The translations under genes were made by a program, and so were the position numbers. A stretch of DNA of 64,000 nucleotides from an uncultured Chloroflexia bacterium (GTDB lineage Bacteria > Chloroflexota > Limnocylindria > Limnocylindrales > CSP1-4): the NCBI GenBank assembly GCA_963817745.1, contig CAWFPC010000008.1:67009-131008 (forward strand). Reading direction: 5' to 3'. Under the pieces are notes generated by a model. That model was not told where the DNA came from. It did not search any database and worked only from the letters and a program-made list of their open reading frames with translations. This document shows, one piece after another, positions 63,472 to 64,000 of the stretch. The first letter of the stretch is position 1. Each line of letters begins with the position of its first letter.

Positions 63472-64000
63472 TCAGCCGAGCCGCAGGTTCGGCAGGACCT
63501 CCTTGCCGAAGACCTCGATCCACTCCGGCTGGTTCCGGCCGACGTGATGCAGGTGGATCTCGTCGAACCCCAGGTCGACGTAGTGCTGGATGTTCTCGAT
63601 GTGGCGGTCGAGGTCGCGAGCTGATGAGCATCCGGTTGACGAAGTTCTCCGGCCGGACGAGCTTCGCCATCGCGGCGAAGTCCTCGGGGTTGCGGATGTC
63701 CTGCTTGGGGAAGGCCATCCCGCCGTTCGGCCACTCCTTGATGGCGATGTCGGTGGCCTCCTCGTCCGTGTGCGCCCAGCTCATGTGCAGCTGCAGGATC
63801 TTCGGCATGTTCGTGGGGTCCTTGCCGGCCTCGCGCGCCCCGAGGTCGTTGTTCTCCCACAGCTCCTTGAGCTTCGCGTCGGCCGCCCGACCGTGATCAT
63901 CCCGTCGGCCAGCCGGCCGGTGCGCTTGGCGTTGAGCGGGCCGGCCGTCGCGACGTAGATCGGCACGGGTCGCTCGGGCAGGGTGTAGAGCTTGGCGCTC
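63472..64000 (-). CDS. fgd: F420-dependent glucose-6-phosphate dehydrogenase (LLM-class oxidoreductase), C-terminal ~175 aa; 5' end beyond the window; 2 frame changes
   Basis: ...YVATAGPLNAKRTGRLADGMITVG...MPKILQLHMSWAHTDEEATDIAIKEWPNGGMAFPKQDIRNPEDFAAMAKLVRPENF...EIHLHHVGRNQPEWIEVFGKEVLPNLRLG* is near-colinear with mycobacterial Fgd1. Confidence 0.85.

Overview
This ~64 kb window is high-GC (about 70%) and matches an actinobacterial-type chromosomal origin region with its downstream neighbourhood. Reading 5' to 3':

- ftsE (3' end) and ftsX, a C-terminal processing peptidase, then smpB followed by a clear tmRNA (ssrA) gene.
- A secreted metallophosphoesterase and a VanW-family protein.
- The canonical origin block: jag, yidC, yidD, rnpA, rpmH on the minus strand, then dnaA, an oriC rich in DnaA boxes, dnaN, recF and a DUF721 gene on the plus strand.
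- A PstP-like PP2C phosphatase sits where gyrB/gyrA are usually found, followed by a rhomboid protease and a bifunctional nuclease.
- A five-gene membrane-glycosylation locus: a Ppm1-like GT2, a DUF2723 protein, two GT-C transferases and a very large PMT-family O-mannosyltransferase with a beta-propeller-like insertion.
- A tightly coupled phosphatidylinositol / PIM operon (arsR, pgsA, ino1, two patA-like acyltransferases, a PHP phosphoesterase, a pimA-like GT4) with an ArsR-type operator upstream.
- A DyP peroxidase, an MFS pump, corA, a sortase-like protein, a TlpA-like thioredoxin and a HAD phosphatase.
- A complex I (nuo) operon on the minus strand with a non-canonical middle section: a NuoI/NuoE-like chimeric ORF, nuoF, and a NuoG-N-terminus/GltD/ferredoxin fusion in place of normal nuoE, nuoG and nuoI.
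- A MidA/NDUFAF7-like methyltransferase directly upstream of nuoA, then folK, an S51 peptidase, an FGE-family lipoprotein and an F420-dependent glucose-6-phosphate dehydrogenase (running off the 3' edge).

No mobile elements, CRISPR arrays, rRNA or tRNA genes were seen. Roughly 35 genes, housekeeping ones included, are interrupted by single-base frame changes. I read this mainly as homopolymer indel error from sequencing or assembly rather than pseudogenisation, so every gene boundary and every fusion call below should be treated as provisional.
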